A stretch of DNA of 64,000 nt. Source: Alphaproteobacteria bacterium. GTDB taxonomy: Bacteria > Pseudomonadota > Alphaproteobacteria > UBA828. Both the position numbers and the translations under genes were made by a program. The stretch covers positions 992,001 through 1,056,000 of the forward strand of contig CAXXMU010000006.1 in the NCBI GenBank assembly GCA_963667785.2. The letters run 5' to 3'. The notes beneath the pieces are model-generated. The model saw only the letters and a program-made list of their open reading frames with translations. It was not told the origin of the DNA and searched no databases. Below are positions 28,171 to 39,264 of the stretch, one piece after another. How positions within the stretch are numbered: position 1 is the stretch's first letter; every line of letters begins with the position of its first letter.

Positions 28171-28830
28171 GTGAGCGCCCTGACGGGACCCGAACGGCCG
28201 CCTGCGGCAGGCGGCGCGCCCCGCAAGCTCGTGCTGCTGCTGCACGGGCTGGGTGCGGACGGCAACGACCTGATCGGCCTCGCCGAGCCCTGGGGCCAGC
28301 TCCTGCCGGACGCCTGCTTCGCTGCGCCGGACGCGCCGGAGCCCTGCGACATGGCGCCCTCGGGCCGGCAGTGGTTCAGCCTCAGCGACCGCTCGCCCGT
28401 ACCCGTCGCCGATGGCATCGCGCAGGCCGCAGACGCGCTCAACGCCGATATCGACGCGAGGCTCGCGGCGCTCGGGCTCGCCGAGCGCGACCTCGCGCTG
28501 GTGGGGTTCAGCCAGGGCACGATGATGTCGCTGCACGTGGCCTATCGCCGCACGTCACCGTGCGCCGGCGTGCTCGGCTTCTCCGGCTGGCTGGTGAGCG
28601 GCGAGCGGCTCGGCGACGAGCTGCGGGCACGCCCGCCGGCGCTGCTCGTCCATGGCGATGCCGACGATCGGGTGCCGGTGGGGGCGCTCTTCGAGGCGAC
28701 CGCGACACTGGCCGCCTGCGAGGTTCCGGTGCAGTGGCACGTGAGCCGCGGGATCGGCCACGGCATCGCGCCGGACGGGCTGGAGATCGGCGGCCACTTC
28801 CTTCGCGACGTGCTGGGCGGCGCAGGCTGA
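28171..28830 (+). CDS. Phospholipase/carboxylesterase
   Basis: LLHGLGADG, GFSQG, HGDADDRVP, GH. Confidence 0.9.
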   Translation: MSALTGPERPPAAGGAPRKLVLLLHGLGADGNDLIGLAEPWGQLLPDACFAAPDAPEPCDMAPSGRQWFSLSDRSPVPVADGIAQAADALNADIDARLAALGLAERDLALVGFSQGTMMSLHVAYRRTSPCAGVLGFSGWLVSGERLGDELRARPPALLVHGDADDRVPVGALFEATATLAACEVPVQWHVSRGIGHGIAPDGLEIGGHFLRDVLGGAG

Positions 28831-28846
28831 AGGCGCGGCCCCGGCC

Positions 28847-30088
28847 TCAGTCGATGCCGCAGCCGCTCCGGCGCAGCGTCGAGACCGCCGCCTCGTCGAG
28901 ATCGAGCCAGTCGCGCAGCACGGTATCCGCGTCCTCGCCCAGCATCGGGGCTGCACGCGGATAGTCCACCGGCGTCTCCGAGAACTTGATCGGGTTGGCC
29001 GGGTACTCCACCGCGACGCCGAGGCTGTGCGGGATGCTCACCTTCATGCCCCGGGCCTCGACCTGCGGGTTGGCGAAGACCCGGTCGATGCTGTTGATGG
29101 GCCCGCAGGGAACCCCCACCGGCTCCAGCACCGCGCTCCACTCGTCCATGGTCCGCTGCCGGGTGATGTCGTTCAGCAGGGCGATCAGCTCGACGCGGTT
29201 GCGCAGCCGCTCGATGTTGGTCGCGAAGCGCGGGTCGTCGGCGATCTCGGGGCAGCCGGCTACCGTGCAGAACTTGCGGAGCTGGCTGTTGTTGCCGATG
29301 GCGAGCGCGAAGTACCCGTCGCGCGTGGAGAAGACCCCGTAGGGCACGATATTCTGGTGCTCGTTGCCGGCGCGCGCAGGCGCGTCGCCCCCGATCAGAT
29401 AGTTCATGGCCTGGTTGGCGAGCCAGGCCACCTGGGTGTCCAGGAGCGCGAGGTCGATATGCTGGCCCCGCCCGCTCTGCTCGCGGCTCGTGAGCGCAGC
29501 GAGGATCGCGGTCGCCGCGTACATGCCGGTCATCAGATCGGCGGCGGCGACGCCCACCTTCTGCGGGCCGCCGCCGGGCAGGTCGTCGCGCTCGCCCGTG
29601 ATGCTCATGATGCCGCCCATGGCCTGCGCGATGAGGTCGTAGCCGGTGCGGGTCGCGTAGGGTCCCGACTGGCCGAAGCCGGTGATCGAGCAGTAGACGA
29701 GGCGGGGATTGACCGTGCTCAGCGAGGAATAGTCAAGGCCGTACTTGGCGAGCCCGCCCACCTTGTAGTTCTCGATCAGGACATCAGCGCGTTCCACGAG
29801 CCGCCTGACCACGGCCTGCCCCTCGGGCGCGGCGAGGTCGATGGTGATCGAGCGCTTCCCCCGGTTCGCCGACATGTAGTAGGCCGCATCGGTCGTCTCC
29901 GCACCGTCCGCGTCGCGCAGGAAGGGCGGCCCCCAGGCGCGGGTGTCGTCGCCCGTGCCCGGCCGCTCGACCTTGACCACGTCGGCGCCGAAGTCGGCCA
30001 GCAGCTGGCCGGCCCAGGGGCCCGCGAGAATGCGGCTGAGATCGAGCACCTTGAGGCCGCCGAGCGGGCCGGTCCTGGAATCGTGCAT
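28847..30088 (-). CDS. CaiB/BaiF CoA-transferase family III
   Basis: DLSRILAGP, GDDTRAWGPP, NRGKRS, ITGFGQSGP. Confidence 0.95.
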   Translation of the reverse strand: MHDSRTGPLGGLKVLDLSRILAGPWAGQLLADFGADVVKVERPGTGDDTRAWGPPFLRDADGAETTDAAYYMSANRGKRSITIDLAAPEGQAVVRRLVERADVLIENYKVGGLAKYGLDYSSLSTVNPRLVYCSITGFGQSGPYATRTGYDLIAQAMGGIMSITGERDDLPGGGPQKVGVAAADLMTGMYAATAILAALTSREQSGRGQHIDLALLDTQVAWLANQAMNYLIGGDAPARAGNEHQNIVPYGVFSTRDGYFALAIGNNSQLRKFCTVAGCPEIADDPRFATNIERLRNRVELIALLNDITRQRTMDEWSAVLEPVGVPCGPINSIDRVFANPQVEARGMKVSIPHSLGVAVEYPANPIKFSETPVDYPRAAPMLGEDADTVLRDWLDLDEAAVSTLRRSGCGID

Positions 30089-30097
30089 GGGAGGTGT

Positions 30098-30688
30098 CTA
30101 GAGGTCGTCCTCGACGCCGGGGGACAACCCCAGCGCACGCAGGTTCTCCGTCGTGGCGTTGTCGAGGGAGAGAGCGCGGCCGGTGGCCGCGTGGGCCGCG
30201 CGGCGGACGATCCGATCAAAGCCTTCGATCTGCGAATAGACCCGCACGCTCCGGCCGTTCGACCTCAGGGTGAGCTGCATCCACCCGCCGTCGCGATTGC
30301 GCCTGGTCGAGTAGTAGCGCAGCGTGCAGCGGGTGAGCCCTGCCCACGGCAAGTGCCGGCGCAGGAGGCCGTCCGCGCTGAGCCCGTCGTCGCTCACGAG
30401 AATCCGTATCCGGTGCCTCAGCACCGTGCGGACGCCGTAGACGGCGAACAGCAGGGCGAGCCCGCCGAGAAACCAGGCGGCCGGACCGGCGGACGCCGCC
30501 AGTCCCAGCGGGCCGAGGGTGAAGAGAAGGCCGAGCCCGGCATAGAGATAGTCGAGCAGGACCGCGCGCGTCGGATAGCGATGGCGGCTCTCGCCCGCGT
30601 CGTCGGTCCCCCTGTCGTCGGCGTCTGCGCCCTCGAGCACGGATCGAGACGCCGTCTCGGGCGTCGTCTCGGGCAGCGACACGGTCAC
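30098..30688 (-). CDS. Hypothetical membrane protein (two TMs + PH-like domain)
   Basis: GTGA overlap with the ligase stop; LRYYSTRR...GWMQLTL. Confidence 0.75.
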   Translation of the reverse strand: MTVSLPETTPETASRSVLEGADADDRGTDDAGESRHRYPTRAVLLDYLYAGLGLLFTLGPLGLAASAGPAAWFLGGLALLFAVYGVRTVLRHRIRILVSDDGLSADGLLRRHLPWAGLTRCTLRYYSTRRNRDGGWMQLTLRSNGRSVRVYSQIEGFDRIVRRAAHAATGRALSLDNATTENLRALGLSPGVEDDL

Positions 30689-32310
30689 CCCGCGCGCCCC
30701 AGTCGCTCGCGCCTGATGCGAACGCCGGCGGCCTCCCGATCCCAGCTCTCGGCGGTGATGCCTTCCGCGCGCAGCCTGTGCTTCTCCACCTTCTCGGTCG
30801 GCGTCTTGGGCAGCTCGTCCACGATCCGCACGTAGCGCGGGATCATGAAGTGAGCGAGCCTGGGCTCGAGAAACGCGAGCAGCGCCTGAGGCTCCAGCTC
30901 CTCCCCCGGCCTGAGCGAGACCACGGCCATGACCTCGTCCTCGCCCAGCTCGCTCGGCACCGGTATCACCGCGGCCTCGCGCACCGCCGGATGGGCGGCG
31001 ACCTCGGTCTCCACCTCGAGCGAGGAGATGTTCTCGCCGCGCCGGCGGATGGTGTCCTTCAGGCGATCGACGAAGTAGAGGTTTCCGTCCTCGTCCACCC
31101 GCCCCGCATCGCCGGTGTGGAACCAGCCGTTGCGCCAGGCCCTGGCCGTGGCCTCCGGCTCGCGGTAGTAGCCGTGGTTGATCGACCAGGGAGTATCGGA
31201 GCGCACCACGATCTCGCCGACCGCGCCTACCGGCACCTCGCAGTCGTTGGCGTCGACGACGCGGAGCTCGCAGCCGGGACGCACGCGGCCTGCGCTTCCC
31301 GGCACCGTCATCGGCACCGTGGTCATCACCGGGCAGCAGAGCTCGGTCATGTTGTAGATCGAATAGACGTCGACGCCGAAGCGCTCCATGAACGCCTCGA
31401 CGTCGTTCAGCAAGGGCACCATGCCGACCGTGCGCAAGGGGTGATCGCGGTCGCGCGCGCTCGGCGCCTCCGCCTCCAGGAACGACGCCATGACGCCGAG
31501 CATGAACACAGAGGTGACCCCGGTGCGGCGCACCGTGTCCCAGAACGCGCTCGTCTTGAAGTACTCCACCAGGGTGATCGAGGCGTGCTGGCAGAGCATG
31601 CCGTAGGCGATCGTGGCGCCTCCCAGGTGGAACAGCGGCAGGCTGATCAGGTAGCGGTCCTCCGGCGAGATGAAGCGCCAGGTGTCGGGCCCGAAATTCG
31701 AGAAGGCGTGGCAGTAGGAGCTGAGCACCGCCTTCGACGGCCCCGTGGTGCCGGAGGTGAAGATGATCGACTGCGTGTCCCACGGCTGAATCGGGCGCTC
31801 CAGCGGCCGCAGGCTGCCGCTCGCGGGCTGCAACGCCGTCGCGGGCAGCACCGTGAGGCCGTCCACCGCAGGCAGCGGCCCGCCCACCGCGACCATGGTC
31901 TCCAGTCCGGCGCGGTCCACGGCGGCGAGCCTGGGCGCGAGCGCCGCGTGGGCGACGATGATGCGGGCATCGGAGCGCGCCACCACATGCTCCAGCAACC
32001 GGCCCTTGTAGGCCGTGTTGATCGGCACGTAGACCGCCCCCAGATAGTTGGCACCGAGGAAGACGCGGAGCGCGTCGGCGCCGTTCGGCAGCCACGAGAG
32101 CACGTGGTCGCCCTGCGCCACGCCGAGCGACTGCAGGCCGATGGCCGTCGCGATCACCTCGGCCCGCGTCTGCGCGTAGCTCCATTCCGCGCCGTCCTCG
32201 AAGACGCAGAAGGTCTTGTCTGGCGTCTCCGCCGCCAGCCGGTCGAGCAGGTAGCGCAGCACGCACCTGTCGGCCGCCGGAATGCGCGGATCGCTGTGGG
32301 ACGCCGCCAT
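30685..32310 (-). CDS. AMP-dependent acyl-CoA ligase (CaiC-like)
   Basis: FTSGTTGPSK, YNMTE, FHTGD, RRRGENIS, PKTPTEK. Confidence 0.93.
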   Translation of the reverse strand: MAASHSDPRIPAADRCVLRYLLDRLAAETPDKTFCVFEDGAEWSYAQTRAEVIATAIGLQSLGVAQGDHVLSWLPNGADALRVFLGANYLGAVYVPINTAYKGRLLEHVVARSDARIIVAHAALAPRLAAVDRAGLETMVAVGGPLPAVDGLTVLPATALQPASGSLRPLERPIQPWDTQSIIFTSGTTGPSKAVLSSYCHAFSNFGPDTWRFISPEDRYLISLPLFHLGGATIAYGMLCQHASITLVEYFKTSAFWDTVRRTGVTSVFMLGVMASFLEAEAPSARDRDHPLRTVGMVPLLNDVEAFMERFGVDVYSIYNMTELCCPVMTTVPMTVPGSAGRVRPGCELRVVDANDCEVPVGAVGEIVVRSDTPWSINHGYYREPEATARAWRNGWFHTGDAGRVDEDGNLYFVDRLKDTIRRRGENISSLEVETEVAAHPAVREAAVIPVPSELGEDEVMAVVSLRPGEELEPQALLAFLEPRLAHFMIPRYVRIVDELPKTPTEKVEKHRLRAEGITAESWDREAAGVRIRRERLGRAG

Positions 32311-32579
32311 CGCCTGTTCCACGCCTGTCGCTCGCTCGTGCTCCACCGTCGCCGAGGCCCCCTTGTAGCCCGGAGACGGCCCGCGATTAACCCGGATTCC
32401 TCGCCACGGTCGCGGCCTGCGTCCCGCGCGCCCGGTCCGCGGGGAGCAGGCGCGCAAGCGAGAGCGACTGCCGTCCCGCCCTGGCGACGGCGCGGAGCGG
32501 TCCAGTTTGCTTGACGGTGTGGAGCCCACGGCTTAGCCTCGATTGGCAGATGGTTTGGGAGGTGGGAGGTACAAAAACC

Positions 32580-33854
32580 ATGTGCATGAAATCATTCACG
32601 AAAATAGGTCTTCAGCGGTGGCTGACCAGGTCACTCGCGGCAATCGCGCTGGCCGGAGCGGTGGCGTTTGCGGCCCCGGTGCAGGCGAACGACACCATCA
32701 AGATCGGGTTCAGCATGGCGCTCACCGGCGGTCTCGCCGGAGCCGGCAAGGGTGCGCTGATCGCCATGCAGGTGTGGGCCGAGGACGTCAACGCCAAGGG
32801 CGGCCTCCTCGGCAAGCAGGTCGAGCTCATCTACTACGACGATCAGACCAACCCCGCGAACGTGCCCGGCATCTATGCCAAGCTGCTCGACGTCGACGAG
32901 GTCGACTTCGTGGTGTCCGGCTACGGCACCAACCTGATCGCGCCGGCGATGCCGCTCGTCATGCAGCGCGGGCTCGTCTTCCCCTCGCTCTTCGGTCTCG
33001 CGGTCAACGAGAAGTTCAACTACCCCAATTATTTCCAGATCATGCCGTCGGGGCCTGAGCCGATGACGGACTGGTCGAGGGGCTTCTTCGAGGTGGCCAT
33101 GGCGCAGGATCCGCCGCCGAAGACGATCGCGCTCGTGGGCGCCGACGCTGAATTCGCCAAGAACGCGGTCAACGGCGCCCGGACCAACGCGGAGAAGTAC
33201 GGCCTCGAGGTCGTCTACGACGAGTCCTACCCGCCGAAGACGGCGGACTACACCCCGATCGTCAACGCGATCCAGGCGCGCAGTCCGGACATCGTCTATG
33301 TGGGCTCCTATCCGCCTGATTCGGTCGGGATGGTGAAGGCGGCCACGGAGGTCGGGCTCAAGACCAGGATGTTCGGCGGCGGCATGGTGGGGCTGCAGTT
33401 CGCCTCCATCATGACCGCGCTCGGGCCGAAGCTGAACGGCATCGTGAACTACGACTTCTGGGTGCCGGAGCCGACGCTCCAGTTCGAGGGCGTCGAGGCC
33501 TTCCTCGCCAAGTACCAAAAGGCGGCCGAGGGCCAGGGCGTGGATCCGCTCGGCTTCTATCTCCAGCCCTATGCCTATGCGTACCTGCAGGTGCTGGAGC
33601 AGGGGATTACCGGTACGGGCAGCATGGATCACGCCGCAATCGGCGAATTCATCCGCAACAACGAGTTCGACACCGTCGTCGGCAAGGTGAGCTTCGCGCC
33701 GAACGGCGAGTGGGCGAACACGCGGGTGCTGATGGTCCAGTACCAGGGGATCGAGGACAACGAGCTTGCGACCTTCGCCACGGCGGGGACGCGCGTCGTT
33801 CTCTATCCGGGGGAGTGGACGTCCGGGACCATCAACTACCCGTACGCCCAGTAG
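32580..33854 (+). CDS. Liv-type ABC substrate-binding protein
   Basis: Signal peptide; IKIGFSMALTG, NAKGGLLG, YDDQT. Confidence 0.92.
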   Translation: MCMKSFTKIGLQRWLTRSLAAIALAGAVAFAAPVQANDTIKIGFSMALTGGLAGAGKGALIAMQVWAEDVNAKGGLLGKQVELIYYDDQTNPANVPGIYAKLLDVDEVDFVVSGYGTNLIAPAMPLVMQRGLVFPSLFGLAVNEKFNYPNYFQIMPSGPEPMTDWSRGFFEVAMAQDPPPKTIALVGADAEFAKNAVNGARTNAEKYGLEVVYDESYPPKTADYTPIVNAIQARSPDIVYVGSYPPDSVGMVKAATEVGLKTRMFGGGMVGLQFASIMTALGPKLNGIVNYDFWVPEPTLQFEGVEAFLAKYQKAAEGQGVDPLGFYLQPYAYAYLQVLEQGITGTGSMDHAAIGEFIRNNEFDTVVGKVSFAPNGEWANTRVLMVQYQGIEDNELATFATAGTRVVLYPGEWTSGTINYPYAQ

Positions 33855-33892
33855 CCCGCGCTCCCGAGAGGAGCCAAACAGCGACAGTCGAT

Positions 33893-33929
33893 GGAAATGT
33901 CATCCCGCACCCGACGGGATGACATTTCC
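33893..33929. repeat. Perfect 15-bp inverted repeat (REP-like hairpin) after the SBP gene
   Basis: GGAAATGTCATCCCG-N7-CGGGATGACATTTCC. Confidence 0.75.
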
Positions 33930-33953
33930 CGTTCCCGCTAGGGCACCCCTTTC

Positions 33954-34826
33954 TTGTTCACCGTCGATCTTCTGTTGAACGCGCTCGTGGCGGGCGTGCT
34001 GCTCGGCGGCTTCTACGCCGCGGTGAGCCTCGGGCTGACCGTCTCGTTCGGGCAGCTCAACATCGTCAACATCGCGCACCCGGCCTTCATCATCCTCGGC
34101 TCCTACATCGCCTACATGTGCAACAGCCTGTGGGGGCTGGATCCGATCCTGGCCGGCATCATCTTCGTCCCGGTGTTCTTCCTCATCGGCGCCGGCGCCT
34201 ACCGGCTCTACTACGAGAGCTTCGAGCGCAAGGACGACGAAGCGCTGCGCGGTCTCGCCTTCTTCTTCGGTGTGATGTTCATCATCGAGGTCGGGCTGAT
34301 CATGGTCTACGGCGTGGACTTCCGCTCGGTGCAGGCGTCCTACATCGGACAGAACCTGAGAGTCGGCGGGGTCGGCGTGCCCACCCGCATGCTGGTGCCG
34401 TTCTGCGTCTCCGTCGCCATGTTCAGCGCGGTCTATCTCTACATGTCGCGCACCTTCAACGGCCGCGCGATCAAGGCCGTGGCGCAGGATCGGCTGGCGC
34501 TGCAGCTCATGGCCGCCGACCCGGTCAAGATCAAGCAGCTCGGCTTCGGCATCAGCATCGGCACCGCCGCGCTGGCGGGCGCGCTGCTGATCATCATCAT
34601 TCCGGTCGAGCCCTCGGTGGGCCGGCTCTACATCGGCCAGGTGTTCGCGATCGCGGTGCTCGCCGGGCTCGGATCGATCCCCGGCACGCTGGTGGCCGGC
34701 ATCGTCCTCGGCATCGCCGAAAGCCTGGTGTCGACGTTCTTCGGCCCCTCGTGGGCGCCCGCCGTGGCCTTCGGCATCCTGCTCCTGGCGCTGGCCTTCC
34801 GGCCGCAAGGGCTGTTCGGCCGATGA
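33954..34826 (+). CDS. Branched-chain amino acid-type ABC permease (LivH-like)
   Basis: Hydrophobic; VNIAH, GRAIKAVAQD, RPQGLFG. Confidence 0.92.
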   Translation: MFTVDLLLNALVAGVLLGGFYAAVSLGLTVSFGQLNIVNIAHPAFIILGSYIAYMCNSLWGLDPILAGIIFVPVFFLIGAGAYRLYYESFERKDDEALRGLAFFFGVMFIIEVGLIMVYGVDFRSVQASYIGQNLRVGGVGVPTRMLVPFCVSVAMFSAVYLYMSRTFNGRAIKAVAQDRLALQLMAADPVKIKQLGFGISIGTAALAGALLIIIIPVEPSVGRLYIGQVFAIAVLAGLGSIPGTLVAGIVLGIAESLVSTFFGPSWAPAVAFGILLLALAFRPQGLFGR

Positions 34827-35812
34827 GAATGCCGGCGCTGAAGCTCTCGGCCTTCTGGATCTGCGCCGCCGTCGTGGTGCTGCTCGGCATCGCGGTGACG
34901 ATCTTCGACGTCTTCGCCATCAACACCTTCATCTACTTCGCCGCCTACGTCGTGCTGCAGTACGTGGTGCTGGCGACCGCCTGGAACATCATGGGCGGCT
35001 ACATGGGCTACGTGAACTTCGGCACCGCCGGCTTCTTCGCGGTCGGCGCCTATGCGTCCGTCGCGCTCTACAACCTGATTCAGGCGCCGCTCGCCCTGAT
35101 GATCCCGTTCTCGGGCGTCGTCTGCGCCCTGCTCGGGCTCGCCATGGGCTACCTGACGCTCCGGCTGCGGGGTGTCTTCTTCGCCATCGCGACGCTGGCG
35201 ATGGCGATCGTGCTCGAGACGATGATTCTCAACTGGGACTACGTGGGCGGCGCGACCGGCGCCTATATCCTGCGCGAGCGCGAGATGGCGCCGTTCGGCG
35301 ACTATGTCGAGTTCCTGTTCTTCGTGATGCTCCTGCTCGCGATCTTCGCCGTCGCGGTCGCGCGCTGGCTCGAGAGGTCGAAGACGGGGCGGGGCTTCGG
35401 CGCCATCCGCGACGACGAGGTCGCCGCCGAGTGCGCCGGCGTGCCCACGCTTCGGCTGAAGCTCATCGCGACGACCGTTTCCGGCTTCCTCATGGGAGTC
35501 GCCGGCGCGCCGTTCGCGCTCTATGTCGGCTTCATCGAGCCCTCGTCCGCCTTCAATCTCATCTACGCGGTCAACGCCATCGCGATGCCCATGATCGGCG
35601 GCGCGACCACCTGGCTGGGCCCGCTGATCGGGGCGCTGCTGCTCGGCACCGTGCAGCAGGTCGCCACGGTGACGATCTCGTCGGAGCTCAACCTCCTGAT
35701 CGTCGGCGTCGTTCTGGTGTTCTTCGTGATCGTGGCGCCGGAGGGGATCGTGGGACTGCTTCGAAAGTGGTGGAGGCCGCGAAAGTGGTGGAGGCCGCGC
35801 AATGACCGCTGA
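34823..35812 (+). CDS. Branched-chain amino acid-type ABC permease (LivM-like)
   Basis: WNIMGGYMGYVNFG, LRLRGVFFAIAT, AIRDDE. Confidence 0.92.
   Translation: MRMPALKLSAFWICAAVVVLLGIAVTIFDVFAINTFIYFAAYVVLQYVVLATAWNIMGGYMGYVNFGTAGFFAVGAYASVALYNLIQAPLALMIPFSGVVCALLGLAMGYLTLRLRGVFFAIATLAMAIVLETMILNWDYVGGATGAYILREREMAPFGDYVEFLFFVMLLLAIFAVAVARWLERSKTGRGFGAIRDDEVAAECAGVPTLRLKLIATTVSGFLMGVAGAPFALYVGFIEPSSAFNLIYAVNAIAMPMIGGATTWLGPLIGALLLGTVQQVATVTISSELNLLIVGVVLVFFVIVAPEGIVGLLRKWWRPRKWWRPRNDR
35762..35797 (+). repeat. 18-bp tandem duplication (RKWWRP x2)
   Basis: CGAAAGTGGTGGAGGCCG repeated twice, in frame. Confidence 0.9.
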
Positions 35813-36516
35813 CGCGTTGCTCGACGTGCGCGCCGTCACCAAGCGCTTCGGCGGCTTCACGGCGCTTGACCAGATCAGCATGGAGGTCAGGGCGGGCGAG
35901 CGCTTCGGCATGATCGGCCCGAACGGCTCCGGCAAGACCACCATGATCAACTGCATTTCCGGGACGCTGGCCAACGAGGGCGGCGAAATCCTCTTCAAGG
36001 GCGCGAGGCTCGACGGCAAGAAGCCCCATCAGCGCACGCGGCTGGGGATCGCGCGGTCGTTCCAGATTCCCAAGCCCTTCCGTTCGATGACGGTGCTCGA
36101 GAACCTCGGTATCGCGCTCGAATACGCGACCGACGCCGCGCCTAGCGAGGTTCGGGAGCGTGGCATGACGATCCTCGAGACGATCGGCCTGGCCGAACGC
36201 GCCGGCGAGAATGCCGGGGCGCTGACGCAGATCGACATGCGCAAGCTGGAGCTTGCCCGTGCAATGGCGACCGAGCCGGAACTGCTGATTTCCGACGAAG
36301 CGATGGCGGGGCTCTCGTCGACCGAGGTCGACGACATCCTCGACATCCTGTTCAAGCTGAACGAGGGCGGCATCACAATCATCATGATCGAGCACATCAT
36401 GCGGGCGGTCATGCGGTTCTCGACGCGGATCGTGGTGCTGGACGCGGGCCGCAAGATCGCGGACGGAAGGCCGGACGAAATCGTCAACGACCCCGAAGTA
36501 GAGAGGGCGTATCTCG

Positions 36517-36524
<8 letters not shown>
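35802..36524 (+). CDS. ABC ATPase (LivG-like)
   Basis: GPNGSGKTT, SDE, IEH. Confidence 0.93.
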
Positions 36525-37248
<724 letters not shown>

Positions 37249-37289
37249 CGCAGGTGCCGATAGGAGGCGCGGGTGGTCCCGCGGCTCGC

Positions 37290-38429
37290 TCAGGCCGCGC
37301 CGACGGCGGCATCGAGGGCGCAGTCGAGGGTTGCAACCGCACTCTCGATCCCGTGCCGCTCGTGCACCCGCGCCGCCGCCGCCTCGCCCATGGCCCAACG
37401 CCTCCCGGCGTCGGCAGAGAGTTCGACCACCGCGCAGGCGAAGGCCACGTCGTCATGGCGCGGCGTGAGCAGCCCGGTCTCGCCGTCGGCGACGATCGCA
37501 CGGGCGCCGGGCCAGTCCTGCGCCACCGCCGGCAGGCCCGCGGCGCCCGCCTGCAGCAGGGCCATGGGCAGGGCCTCGTCGTAGGCGGGCCAGACGTAGG
37601 TGTCGCAGGCCGCATAGACCTCGGGCAGCGTCTCGTCCTCCCTCTCGCCGGCTAGCACCGCCCGGCCCGGCCCGAGGGGGCGGAGCGCCTCCTCCACCGG
37701 CGCGCGTGCCTCGCCGTCGCCGACCGCGACCAGCTGCCATGGCGGCGCGGCGACAAGCGCGAGCGCACGGCCCAGCAGGCGCCAGGAGGCGAGCGCGGCA
37801 CCGGCACGCATGGGGGCTTCGGCCAGCAGCCACGGGCGGGCGGGATCGAGCGGCAGGGTCGCCGCCAGTGCCCGGCGGGCCTCGTCGCGCCCGGCCGCGC
37901 GCCAGGGCGCGCTGTCGAGAAAGGGCGCGAGCCGGTGGAGCCGCGCCGGGTGTGCCACCAGCGGCCTGACGCTCTCCTCGTCTTTGGCCGTCAGCGACAG
38001 CACCGCGCGGGCGTGCGCGATGGCGCGCGCGGTGAGCGTCGCCCAGCCTCCCTGAGCGGCACCGGCGTCACCGCGCGGGTACGACGCGCCCACCAGCAGG
38101 TAGGGGATGGCGAGCGTATCGGCCACCGCAGGGCCTACCAGGTCGGGCGCGCCGGGATACAGGTGGCAGGTGAGCCAGGCCTCGGGCCGCACGGCGAACG
38201 GCAGGTCGCGGTAGGCGGCGACGAGGCGGCGGGCGTTCGCGGCGCCCTTCCGCTCCAGCGCGTTCTGCCGGCGGCGATCTCCCTCGGCGCCGTCGCTGCG
38301 GAATTCGGTGGGCGCGAGCAGGGTGTGGCCGGCAGCCTCCAGCGCCTGTGCGACAGGCCGCACCAGCGAGGGCCGGCCCTGCTGCGCCATGCTCGTTCGA
38401 TCCGACGGCGTGTAGAGCGCGATGCGCAT
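37290..38429 (-). CDS. GT4-family glycosyltransferase
   Basis: WPAYDEALPMALLQA, IVADGETG; GT-B pattern. Confidence 0.85.
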   Translation of the reverse strand: MRIALYTPSDRTSMAQQGRPSLVRPVAQALEAAGHTLLAPTEFRSDGAEGDRRRQNALERKGAANARRLVAAYRDLPFAVRPEAWLTCHLYPGAPDLVGPAVADTLAIPYLLVGASYPRGDAGAAQGGWATLTARAIAHARAVLSLTAKDEESVRPLVAHPARLHRLAPFLDSAPWRAAGRDEARRALAATLPLDPARPWLLAEAPMRAGAALASWRLLGRALALVAAPPWQLVAVGDGEARAPVEEALRPLGPGRAVLAGEREDETLPEVYAACDTYVWPAYDEALPMALLQAGAAGLPAVAQDWPGARAIVADGETGLLTPRHDDVAFACAVVELSADAGRRWAMGEAAAARVHERHGIESAVATLDCALDAAVGAA

Positions 38430-38556
38430 GTCAGCCGTCGGCGCGCGCAAGGCGCGGGCCGAGGGCGGGGGCTGTCGACAGCGCCTCCGCATTGGCGTTT
38501 GCGCCGCCCGCCCCCCATCGGCGATCATCCGGCGCCAGCAACAGGGAGAACCCCCG

Positions 38557-39264
38557 GTGACCGAAACGCCCCTCAACGAGGCCGAGTTGGCGGCGCTCAG
38601 AGCCTACGATACGCCCACGATCTGCAACGCGCTGGAGATCGTCTGCCCCGAGCGCCGCACCCTCGGCTTCACGACCGAGACGCTGATCTGCTCCTTCCCC
38701 GCGCTTGCGCCCATGGTGGGCTATGCGCGGACCGCCACGATCCGCTCGATGGAGAAGCCGGCGAAGGACGCCGACGCGCTGAGCGCGGACCGGGTGACCT
38801 ATTACCGCTACGTGGAGGAGGGCCACGGCCCCTCCATCATGGTCATCCAGGACATCGATTCCAGGCCGGGCGCGGCGTCGTGGTGGGGCGAAGTGCATTC
38901 CGCCGTGCATCAGGCGCTGGGCTGCCTCGGCGTGGTGACCAACGGCGCGGTGCGCGATCTCGACATGGTCGCCGACGGCTTCCAGTTCCTCTCGGGCACG
39001 GTGGTGCCGTCGCATGCCTGGGTCCATCTGGTGAGCCATGGCGAGCCGGTGGACGTCTGCGGCATGCTGACGCATTCGGGCGATCTGGTGCATGCGGACC
39101 GCCACGGCGCGGTCATCATCCCGCACGAGGCGGCACGCGAGGTGCCGGCGGCGGCCGAGCTCTGCATGCGCCGGGAGGCGCCGATTCTCGCGGCCTGCAA
39201 GGAGCCGGGCTTTTCCGCCGAGGTCATGGCGCGGGTGATGAGCGAGGCGAAGGAAATCCACTAG
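38557..39264 (+). CDS. RraA/HMG-aldolase family protein
   Basis: DTPTICNALE, WGEV, TNGAVRD, GDLVHADRHG. Confidence 0.88.
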   Translation: MTETPLNEAELAALRAYDTPTICNALEIVCPERRTLGFTTETLICSFPALAPMVGYARTATIRSMEKPAKDADALSADRVTYYRYVEEGHGPSIMVIQDIDSRPGAASWWGEVHSAVHQALGCLGVVTNGAVRDLDMVADGFQFLSGTVVPSHAWVHLVSHGEPVDVCGMLTHSGDLVHADRHGAVIIPHEAAREVPAAAELCMRREAPILAACKEPGFSAEVMARVMSEAKEIH

